Shown: in pieces, positions 38,301 to 48,457 of the stretch
Layout: each line of letters opens with the position of its first letter
Position numbering within the stretch: the stretch's first letter is position 1
Assembly: GCA_964035545.1 (NCBI GenBank)
Contig: OZ037768.1
Location: 24,399,319 to 24,463,318, forward strand
Direction of reading: 5' to 3'
From: Bugula neritina
Taxonomy: Eukaryota > Animalia > Bryozoa
Length of the DNA stretch: 64,000 nucleotides
Translations under genes and position numbers: made by a program
Notes under the pieces: model-generated
What the model saw: only the letters and a program-made list of their open reading frames with translations
Told to the model about the DNA's origin: nothing
Databases searched by the model: none

Positions 38301-41300
38301 GATACAGAGACAGGAAACAGACTACTACCTTCCTAGCACTGGGGCTAACAGTGACTGTCTCAGTAGCCACTCTAAATACAGGTGCAGACGGACTAGCAGC
38401 GGCAGCGGCAGCAAACTTCTTCACTTCTTGACTTTCATCTGATTGCGTGACGACTTTGGGAAAATCAGAATCTACGACTAAAATAGATCACAGAAATAGT
38501 CTCCGCCTTTCAAGCCTCTCTTTCATCTCTAGTGTAAACTAAGCGACTAGTAGGGAGTAAACTAACCCTTTTGTTTGAGAAGATCTGCCCAGCTGGTTGG
38601 AACTGTGGATACAGTAGATATTGGTAAAGGTGGTTCATCTGACGCCCCCTCCACCTTCTCTGGTTGGCCTGGTGATGGTTCCTTGACTAACTTATGCAGA
38701 CAGTCTAGAGGGGTTTCAGTTGGCACATCGCTCTCTTCTGCATCGCCGTCTGCATCACCGTCTGCATCTTTGAGCTCTTCACTCTGAGTCACCTTGCTGG
38801 TCTCAGGAGATACTGTGTGACTCACCGGAGAAACTTCCTTTTGAAAGAAAATCCCAGAAATATTAGGTTAGTGACATTCTAATGTGTAGCTAGCTTGAGT
38901 GGTTAGCCAAAAACATCATAGCTGCATTCCTGTGAGTGTGTGAAATTAATTTATAAATAAATTATTACGCTTTATTAGTCAAAAAATTTAATATGATTTT
39001 CTCAATAAATTCTCATTCAATTGTAAAATCATCCTGTATGAAAGATTTACTGTAGAGTATTTCCTATGTTGAGAACATGAATATTAACTTACGACTTTCC
39101 AACAACATTAAACTTGTGCAGAGTCATACCTCTTTAGTAACTTCCACGTCTGCTGCTACATCATCCAGTTTGGCGGCCATCTTGGGAGAGACACCGGCAT
39201 GCTGCTCTACGTCACTCAGCACCACCGAGTTACTTTTCTCTGCAGTCGACACACTCAACACATTTGCAGACGGAGAAATAGACTTGCTTGATAAATTTGA
39301 CCTTGAAAATGATAAATCAAAGGTCATGTGGCAGAAAACAGAAGCAGAAAATAGTAGCAGAAGATAGTAGAAAGTAAGCAGAAGGCAAAAGACAGAAGCA
39401 GAAGATAGTAGAAAGTAAGCAGAAGCCAAAAGACAGAAGCAGAAGATAGTAGAAAGTAAGCAGAAGGCAAAAGACAGAAGCAGAAGATAGTAGAAAGTAA
39501 GCAGAAGGCAAAAGACAGAAGCAGAAGATAGTAGAAAGTAAGCAGAAGGCAAAAGGCAGAAGCAGAAGATGGAAGCAGAAGTATTTCAGTTTACTAATCT
39601 GAAGCATGCCTTGGACTCTCCGTGTCGTTGGCCCGCGGCTCAGTGCCAGTCTCATTCACGGTGATGGGCAGGGTCTTGGGGTCAACAGGAAATGTTAGGC
39701 CCCGCCTCCTCTGCTTTGTGGACCGCCTACTCAACACTGGCTCAAACTTGTCGCTGGTACCGGATTCCCCTGTAGCAGCAGACAACTTCTCTGGAACATA
39801 AGAGAAGGCGACTCGCACCTAAAACATCAGAGAAAGTGCTTTCAGAGCACAGCATTGCAGGACTTCATTCTTTGAGCTACTTTTCAGTCTAACCTGTGAG
39901 GTGCAAAGAGGAATAGTTTAAATAAAAATATTAAACTGAGAGTTGTAGGAGTCTTGCATCAACACAGACATTTCTGTGCAGATTATCAAAATTATCGAAA
40001 TTATTGTTTATCGGAGTTTGTGAAAACAGCAATGGCTGAAATTGGGTTCCATGAGTAAGTTGCTAACCTACTTTTCTTGACTTAAAACTCATTTCAATTC
40101 CTAAACCCTCAATTTCTATGACTGAAATACTTTCACAGCTGATTACCTCGTCTTCTATCAACATTCCTGGGGTACTCTCAGTATCCCCTTTTCCCTTCCC
40201 CTTTCGTCGACGTCGCTTTTTCTTTTTCTGCTTGCTGAGTTTAGAGTCGTCATCAGCCTCGTCTTCATCGTCTGCTACATCTGACACCTCATCCGTCTGC
40301 CTGGTTGACACCTCGCTGACACCTTGGACTGAGTGAGTGCTCCTGCTGATGCCCGTCACTTTGGGAAGAACATTACATACACTTGACTAGTAGTTACAGT
40401 ATGTGACATACACGTGACTAGTAGTTAGAGTGTGTGACATACACGTGACTAGTAGTTACTGTCTATATGAAGTAAGCAGTGAGATTATGATGAGAAAAGT
40501 TTATTGCGTTAACCTTCTGTTAAGTAGTTAACTATCTGCTTAACAGAGCTGGTCTGGTTTGTAGAGCCAGTCTGGTTTGAGGGACCAGCTTGGTTTGAGA
40601 AACTGCTCTGCTTTGATGAAGATGTCTGGTTTAAAGAGCCGAGTTGCTTTAAGTTGTCGGAACAATCCGGAGCGTCGTGCCAGTCACAGCCCTCCACTGA
40701 AGCGTTGTTGTTGCTCATCTCTTCTATTGGTAGAATGCCTGAAACAGATTTTAAGTCAGTTGACAAACACAATTGACCAATCAGGAGCTCTCTCTACAGC
40801 AGACAGCCAATTGTAAACTGTTTAGAAAAATTTACTTTCTAGAGCCTTCTTTCTGCTCTTTTTAGCCTTCTTCTTTTCCTTCTTTTCAATCTATAGAAAA
40901 AATAGAAACACAGTATTTTTATAATAAAAATAAAAGTTACTTGAAAGAAAGTGTATGACTTTGTTTTACATTGAATAAACTCCATCACTCAGCCTCCATA
41001 CCTTTGCTTTCTCCTGAGCCTCACTCCGCAGCAGTTCTTCACAAGCTATGTCCGCTTTCAGTCGCTGAATCATTTCAAATCTAACCTTGAACTCAGTCCA
41101 CGCGCTCTCTGTCATCACCCTGTTCTCCTCATACTACAAACAGAAGAATAAACCAGTGAGTGATTGAGTGAGTGAGTGATTGAGTGAGTGAGTGATTGAG
41201 TGAGTGAGTGGGTGATTGAGTGAGTGAGTGAGTGAGTGAGTGAGTGAGTGAGTGAGTGAGTGAGTGAGTGAGTGAGTGAGTGAGTGTATGTGAGAAAACA

Positions 41301-44300
41301 AGAAAGCAAGATAAAATGGTGTAAAGCAGACAAGACAAAACTAAAAATATTAAACCAAAAATTTTTAAAGTTAACAATTTAAAAAGAAATCACAAACAAA
41401 ATAGGGTATGAAATGCATGAAATAAAGTGGGCAGGGTTATAATTCCCAGCATTGCTGAGCAGCCAATAATTGAAACTTTTCAAAAGGTCTGAACTCACAT
41501 GCAATTGCAGATTCTTTTTGTCAAATATTTGAACAAAAGAGACGAGCTTGTTCCAGTTCTCGCGAAGCCAAGAGTGGGCTTTAGCGTGAGTGCAGGCGAA
41601 TATGAGAGGAAGTAGGAGGGAGATGATAGTGGCGGATTGTCTATGCTTGTTTGTTGACATGTAGAACTCCAGCGACTTTAGGATTATCTCCAGACACTAG
41701 AAACAGGAAATAGATATTCGTAACGATCAGAGAAGAGTATTTCCTGGAGAGTAATTAGACCTGATGAGATGACCTCTACATAAAGGAACCAAAAGAAGAC
41801 TCAACGCCACCTAAAAGTCTGATTCTCAGCAGAAACCTGAAGCACAGAATGTCCCTCAAAACACTGACTAGTTAAATAACAGTCTAGTCAGACTAGCTGG
41901 TCAACTATCAAGTGGCTGCACTTGAAAACTTTACGTGGCGTAAAGAAGTAAGTTACCTCTTTCTGGATGAACTCGACAATGACCTCAACTTCTAGTGACG
42001 TCATGTTATGCATCGTCATGGCGATAAGCTGAGCTGCTCTCTGAATGAACTCGTCATGCATGATGTAACGGCATATGGCGCTAATCATAGACACGGCGAA
42101 TCCGCGCTGCTGCAGCTGCCTGAATGATAGAGAAAGTCGACCTGAACAGTAAACTAGAGACCTATATATTAGTTAGTGTAGTTTTGTATGATTTAGTGTT
42201 CTGTCTAAACAGTAACTGAAGTTTAAGAGTCGCGTGCATACTTCCCCCTACTAACAACACTTGATGTGCAAGAGGCTAGCAAATCTCTCTACTTACTTGC
42301 GGAAGGAATCGTGCCACAGGAGTTTGTGAAAGACAGGAAATAGAGCTGTGAGGTAATAGTCGATATCCGTACTGAATCCGGCAAAGGAGGTCATGTTGAG
42401 CAGGTTCAGTTTTCCCTACAAGAGAAGACAATTTCTTGTGACTACATAATACTCACTATAACTATGTAGTACTCACTGTAACTATGTAGTACTCACTGTA
42501 ACTATGTAGTACTCACTGTAACTATGTAGTACTCACTGTAACTATGTAGTACTCACTATAACTATGTAGTACTCACTATAACTACGTAGTACTCACTGTA
42601 ACTATGTAGTACTCACTGTAACTATGTAGTACTCACTATAACTATGTAGTACTCACTATAACTATGTAGTACTCACTGTAACTATGTAGTACTCACTGTG
42701 ACCATGCAATACTCACTGTTACTATGTAGAGAAAGCACTAGTAAGTACTTACAGCAATATAAAGCTGCTTGTCAGATAAACTAATTTTCTTGGCAATCAG
42801 TTCAAGGACGTCTCCCTTCTTCTCTAATATAGCGACACACAAAGGGGTCTCCCCGGACTACAAGTCAAGGTCATACATTGTGACGAGGTATGAAATCTCA
42901 GCGAATATGTAACTCAGTGAACTGAGCAAACTAATGGTGTGTCTATGTACAAAGATTAACCCACTCTTAGTCCTTTCTGGTACTAAGACTTGTTGTGACT
43001 GTTAAAACGCTTTTAATGTCTTATTTCTTGTAAAATAGTCTACAAGCTTAGAGGTCTAGTCTAAATGAATCACAGTGACAGATGATTTCTCATCACCGGT
43101 ACAAGAGCACTCAGTTCTAATGCATACAGCCATATAGGTTGAGACATATTATGTCTGTCTGTGTGTCTCACCTTGTTTTCTGTGATGACCTTGACATTTG
43201 ACTGGAGCAGACGTTTCACGGACTTCTTGTCGTTAGCTCGAGTAGCTATAGCCAATGAGGTGTCACCGTGCTCACTCACCATGTTCTTATTGGCTCCTCC
43301 ACTCAGCAGCATGTTGATACACGACTCCCAGCTTTTCTCTGCTGCCAAAAGCAGCGCCGAGTACCCTTTCTACACAGACACAGGAGAAACCCTTTCTACA
43401 CAGACATAGGAGAAACCCTTTCTACACAAACACAGGAGAAACCCTTTATACACAGACATAGGAGAAACCCTTTCTACACAGACATAGGAGAAACTCTTTT
43501 GTTACATAAGATGGCAAGGAATTACTATTAAAACATTAAGTGGCTAAAAATTTAAATAAAATCAATTTATTAAGATTTGTTTTATAAATTAGACAGTTTT
43601 GTGAGTTGCAACACACTCTTTGTTAGTTACAACTTACAAGACAAACTCTGAAAGAATTAATATATTAAGGTTACTAGTATTATAAGCTAACTACAGTATA
43701 TTACATCCTTCTACACAGCAGGACGAATTGACGTCATCTTGACATACCCGATTTCTGTGATCGATGTCAAACAGCTTCCTGTGCTGCCAAAGGAGGTTCA
43801 CGGGAACCGGGGATCCTGTCATCACAGCAACCATGAAAGCATTATTACCTTCCTAGAAACAAGAGTTATTACCTCCTAGAAACAAGTTTTTTTACAGTAG
43901 GGCAGGTGTTTAATAATAACTGAAGATGACCAAATCATTAAAATCTACTATTCAAGGCTTATGATACCTGATTTTCAATACAGAGATTAGCTTTGTGAGA
44001 GATGAGCAGGTTCATAGTCGACGCATACTTCCCTCTCGTCGCCAGAATCAACGGGGTGTTTCCATCCTAAAAACAGCAACAATCATATATCAGTTTATAT
44101 TAACTGTAGTTCACTACTCATAGGTCAGAAAATAACTTCAATATTCTGCACAGCAATGTTTCTTGCAAATAGCAGTTGATAACATTATATAAACTTGAGA
44201 AAACTTTTATTCACATAACATTTTTTTAAACTATTGCAAATTAATCTTTACATTGAAAATAGATACTGATAATCATAGTATACTAATGACTAATCAGTAC

Positions 44301-46095
44301 AAATACGCTTAGGCTAAATTAGAAAACAAACTAAAAATCTTAGATTTCATAGAATATGAAATTGAATGCCAATGTGTTTGCAGTTATACTGTTATCATTA
44401 TTATTATATGTTATTTTATTTAAATCCAGAAGTTACCATAATAATTATAATGACAATCACAATAATAATGATAATAATCGTGATAATCACTCTATCGTAC
44501 TGATAGTGATACTCAGTAGCCGTAGGCCTATCAAATTGAAGTTCCCAATCAATAACACAATAATCATAATGTTAAGAAGTTTTAAATAAAATTCAATGTT
44601 AACACATTTGAACTGAGCAATGACTATAACTATTACTATAACTATAAGCATTGTAATTGTCCCTACCTTAGGCTTATAGTTCCAGTTATCATTGTGATAA
44701 TAATTGAATTATATAATTTATTGCCCGTTCTACTTATCGTCGAACTAAAGCTACGACTAGAAGTAGAAGCCCCATCACTCATCACACTCATCATAAACAT
44801 CGAATACAGTTTTAGTATGACTGGCTTGCAAATGTTGACTTTAAATCTATCCATTTTCCATCATGCACTCAGTGATAATAAAGATATCACATCAGCACGC
44901 GACTGCTTGTTAGTATAATTTTGGAAAAACCAATAGAAAGCCAACAATTGAATGCCCAAGAACCTTAAATTTCTATTGGGAGGAAAGTTAAAGCTCTTAA
45001 ACCCACACTAATTTTGTACAGCTTTATCTACGCCAATTAAAATTATACTCGCAAGGCACATAGAAAGAAAAGGGCATACAACTCCTTTGATATACTTGTT
45101 CATTACAGTAAATACTGTCATGATACAGGGTGTGACAAATAATTTTATTTTAAAAATTTCTTTGTCACAGGTGTTAAGCTTTTAAGCCAAATGCTAAACT
45201 AGATCAATACTGCTGATATAAGAAACATGATATGTATTTTGTGTTATATAGTTCATAATTTAGGATTATATTATGTACTGAGCTCAGAAAAATTACCACA
45301 TACCCTTGGGTTTTGCATGTTGACATTGGCTCCAGCTTCTAAAAGCTTCAGCAAGCCATCATTGTATCCTACTGAACTGACTAGAAGCAGCGGTGGGATA
45401 GATACCTAGTCAACAAATAACAGAAATATTACTTCCTATTGGCTATTACTAAGTATATTATACCAATAGTTTTATTGGCTTTAATGAAGACTTCAAACAC
45501 AGGTAATAGCATTAGTTAAAAAACATTGAGATATCATAAAATATTAAATAGAAAACACAGATAAACTGCAAACAATATAACAAAAACTGTAATAGAAATT
45601 AAGGCACATAATATTATAAAGCAGTGAATGATCTTAGTTATATATTAGAGTGATTGAGCATGTGCAATGTGTCACTTGTCAGGTGATGTAGCATAGTAAT
45701 GCTTCATAGATGGTAAGTACTGTAAGTACTTATTGATGTAATGTTTGAAGTGAAACCAAAATACTAATTTACATGATTGCAAGTTATAACATCCTATACT
45801 GTTTTAAGGCTATCATAATACAATAGCTCTAATGAGTATCAGCATTAATTAATGACAGTATGAGATAGCTAAGAGCAATGTTACACTTTACCCATTTGTT
45901 TCTAAATCCATTCTTGAGAATGTCTGATGCGCTATGTTCTCGGAACAAAATATTGAGTTGGTGGATTGTGCTGCCTTCGATGTTAACTTGTTGCTTTCCT
46001 TTTGAGTCGGTTTTCTTTGGTTCTGAAAACATGGCCGTCTTCAAGACCTCCAGTGAACACACCCCAGGGCAAGCTGGCTTGCAGTTGCACGGCAT
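32330..46095 (-). CDS. RNase L-like ankyrin-repeat / pseudokinase / KEN-domain protein (IRE1-RNase L superfamily), ~1750 aa, ~29 exons
   Basis: Exons: 45892-46095 (start uncertain), 45304-45405, 43968-44066, 43748-43852, 43172-43369, 42753-42857 (six ANK-like repeats), 42297-42415, 41957-42119, 41499-41696, 41002-41133, 40836-40890, 40514-40738, 40147-40358, ~39610-39818, 39130-39301, 38567-38837, 38329-38477, 37891-38080, 37551-37756, 37271-37462, 36570-36799, 36167-36288, 35450-36042, 34716-34877, 34349-34466, 33918-34239 (kinase: AVVKR, YIAQELCEYTL, HRNLRPTNIL, SDYG, YYILTGGQHVFG), 33636-33789, 33027-33142, 32330-32471 (KEN: HPYFW..VGNE..RDW..DLLMF..YFLSRFPLL..VY). No signal peptide or TM seen, so not IRE1. 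Confidence 0.88.
32500..32985. repeat. Intronic minisatellite, 38-bp unit AGAGGTGGAGTGAGAGAGTATATATACTATATAGACTA, ~13 copies
   Basis: Fills most of intron 32472-33026. Confidence 0.95.
33174..33597. repeat. Intronic minisatellite, 41-bp unit ACTGTGGACTAGTAATACTATATACTTAACTGAGTGGTAGT, ~10 copies
   Basis: Fills most of intron 33143-33635. Confidence 0.95.
34468..34678 (-). repeat. 21-bp repeat abutting the acceptor at 34466, ~10 copies
   Basis: Minus-strand unit ACACTCTACTCTGCGTATTAC; only the last copy ends TATTACAG. Confidence 0.9.
34905..35423. repeat. Intronic minisatellite, 18-bp unit ACTCCTACTAGCAGACGT, ~28 copies
   Basis: Fills most of intron 34878-35449. Confidence 0.95.
36972..37270 (-). 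repeat. 10-bp repeat (ATACTGACACT-like) starting exactly at the donor GT of exon 37271-37462
   Basis: Minus strand reads AAG|GTAGTGTCCG TATAGTGTCA...; ~30 copies. Confidence 0.9.
39332..39580. repeat. Intronic 41-bp purine-rich repeat AGAAGATAGTAGAAAGTAAGCAGAAGGCAAAAGACAGAAGC, ~5-6 copies
   Basis: Seen directly. Confidence 0.9.
41155..41286. repeat. (TGAG)n microsatellite
   Basis: Seen directly; intronic. Confidence 0.95.
42441..42729. repeat. Intronic 20-bp minisatellite ACTATGTAGTACTCACTGTA, ~14 copies
   Basis: Each unit carries A|GTGAGT on the transcribed (minus) strand. Confidence 0.95.
43363..43492 (-). repeat. Splice-acceptor tandem array, 26-bp unit TTCTCCTRTGTCTGTGTAG|AAAGGGT, 5 copies
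   Basis: The exon-proximal copy is the acceptor at 43370/43369; one copy has TAT in place of TAG. Confidence 0.92.
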
Positions 46096-48246
46096 GACTA
46101 ATCAGGTTTTTGTAAAGATATTTTAAATTTTTAAAAGATAGTAGCAAAATAAATCGTTCTATAAATATATCTTTTCAACAATAAATTATTCTCAATGTGT
46201 AAGATTCTCTAAAAACAAATTCAAAATTTATGATTACACAAGGAATAGCGCAGCGCTAAGCATCAAGCTGAAAGCATTACGTCGTCGCATCTCCTATGAC
46301 TTGAATGTTGCTACATATTTATATATGGAAATCTTGCAACATGAATGTGAAAAAGTGTCAAGATTTTAGCCAAGACAAATCACTTCTATCTGTCATTATA
46401 ATATTTTGCTTTTCTAATGCTGCAATTTAATAATAAAATACTTTTATCTATACCAATGCATTTCTTTTTATACTATTACAGAACAATATAAGTATTCTAA
46501 ATAAAGAAAACAAATTTATTGAAAGTGAAAATTTATTTTAAGAAAATTTATGTGAAAAAAACATAAAAACTAGTTGAGCAAATGTTGACAGAAACATTAA
46601 TTTATATAAAAATATTTAAAATTTGCAATTAAATTGCGATAAAAACTTTTCAAATGCAAAACGAAGTTCATTAACTAAATTTTCACATAAAACTAGATTA
46701 TAGCAGCAGAAATCAAATTACAAAATCAGATGACAGAAGGCAAGCTTGTAGCAATTCATATGAGATAAGAAAATTCACAACAATCTTCACATTAAAAAAG
46801 ACTTTGTTTCAAAAATCAAGAGTATAAAAATATAAGGTAATATATACTTTAGAAAATAGAGTTGAAAATAGCACACAATGTGACAAAAACATTGAGCAGT
46901 AAAAGAAAGATGCATGAATCAATATGTACTTTATTTAGATCACTTATTGCAAGGTCTCCCTTTAAAGTAATAGTACTTAAAATTAGCCTAACATAAAATA
47001 CATAGAAATTTTTTACTAGATATCTCTTGTTCTCTCACGGAGAAGATAGTTTAGACGCCAGAGGAGGCGGAGCCATATCTGAGTCCACTATCACCGGGAG
47101 TGGCGGTCAGGTGACTCAGATTCTTCGTACTTTTCAGACGTCTGCTAAACTCACAGTGCTCAGACACAAACTGCGGGTGAATCACAAATGAACCTTTCAC
47201 AGACGGCTGCGTAAACTAAAACAGGAAGTCAATGAAACTATTACATATTTATTTGATAGCATTTGAAAGTGATTTCATAAAATTGTTGGTCAAAACTTGT
47301 GTTTAAAAAAGTTTTGATGTAACAGAATGAGTGTTTACACAGCAGCTCTCTATTGTTAACTACTATGGATAGCAGCGTTAGTATACAATGTCAACCAAGC
47401 ATCCTGATAGAAGCTGCCGTGCTGATGTCAGCAAACAGAGCACTACTTTACAGAATTATACTTATACTGCAAGTCATCATAACTCCAGAATAACTTGTAC
47501 AATGTGACTTGAACTACTTGTTTTGTTATAATTTTATGAATTGGGTATAGACATGACCAGAACCTAGCTATAACTTCTATCTCTGCTACAGAAAATGTTA
47601 ATTGTTATCTCAAGTTGAATACATAATGTTGTGTTTAACAGGTTTATGGGAAACATGCTATAAATTTTATATTAGTCAAAAGTAACAAGAAATCCCATTT
47701 CAAACAAGTTGAACTATTGACCTTCAGGTAGACTTCTGACATTCTAAGCAATTCCTTCATTTAGAACAATATTGCTAATAAATAAATAGCCTCAGTGAAT
47801 GTTACATTGCAGGCAAGCAGCTACACTACGTTCTACCATAACACTGTCCAACCTGCAGCATGTTATGCAGTAGCCGGGTGCTTAGTCTAATATTCATTCA
47901 ATCTTAGCCCAAGCAGCTTTCAAATCTACCTCATATTTTAGTAAGTTTATGTAAAGCCGCAACCTTTGGTGAAGAATTGATTGCTTGAGTAAAAATGGCT
48001 GCTAGAGTGTATGAATATCAGACTATATAAATCGAGTGACATACCGTTACAATACTTCTTTAAGTCTAACAACCTAAATGACGAAGATGTTAGTGACAGT
48101 GTATTAGCTTAGAAGAGGGGATATAACTCTGTAACCTTCACCTTTACGAACTATTAGTGTGTCAAGTAACAAAGGCATCCTAAACTCTAGACTTCAAAAT
48201 GCATTGTTATGCAAAAGGTTTTGAACTTTACATTTTAAATTAATAT

Positions 48247-48431
48247 CTGTGGCCACAAATGAGTTGAGCTACATAGTGATGTGACTCTGTGGTCACAAAT
48301 GTGTTGAGCTACATAGTGATGTGACTCTGTGGTCACAAATGTGTTGAGCTGCATAGTGATGTGACTCTGCGGTCACAAATGTGTTGAGCTACATAGTGAT
48401 GTGACTCTGTAGTCACAAATGTGTTGAGCTG
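48247..48431. repeat. 40-bp minisatellite CTGTGGTCACAAATGTGTTGAGCTACATAGTGATGTGACT, ~4.6 copies
   Basis: Seen directly. Confidence 0.92.
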
Positions 48432-48457
48432 ACATGAATTCACTACTAAATACTAGA

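Noticed and set aside
47039-47076. Upstream ATG exon (MAPPPLASKLSS) as the start of the RNase L-like gene
   Set aside because: Ends in phase 2 with no matching acceptor into the 45892-46095 frame; more likely a 5' UTR exon or uORF, or an intervening exon was missed.
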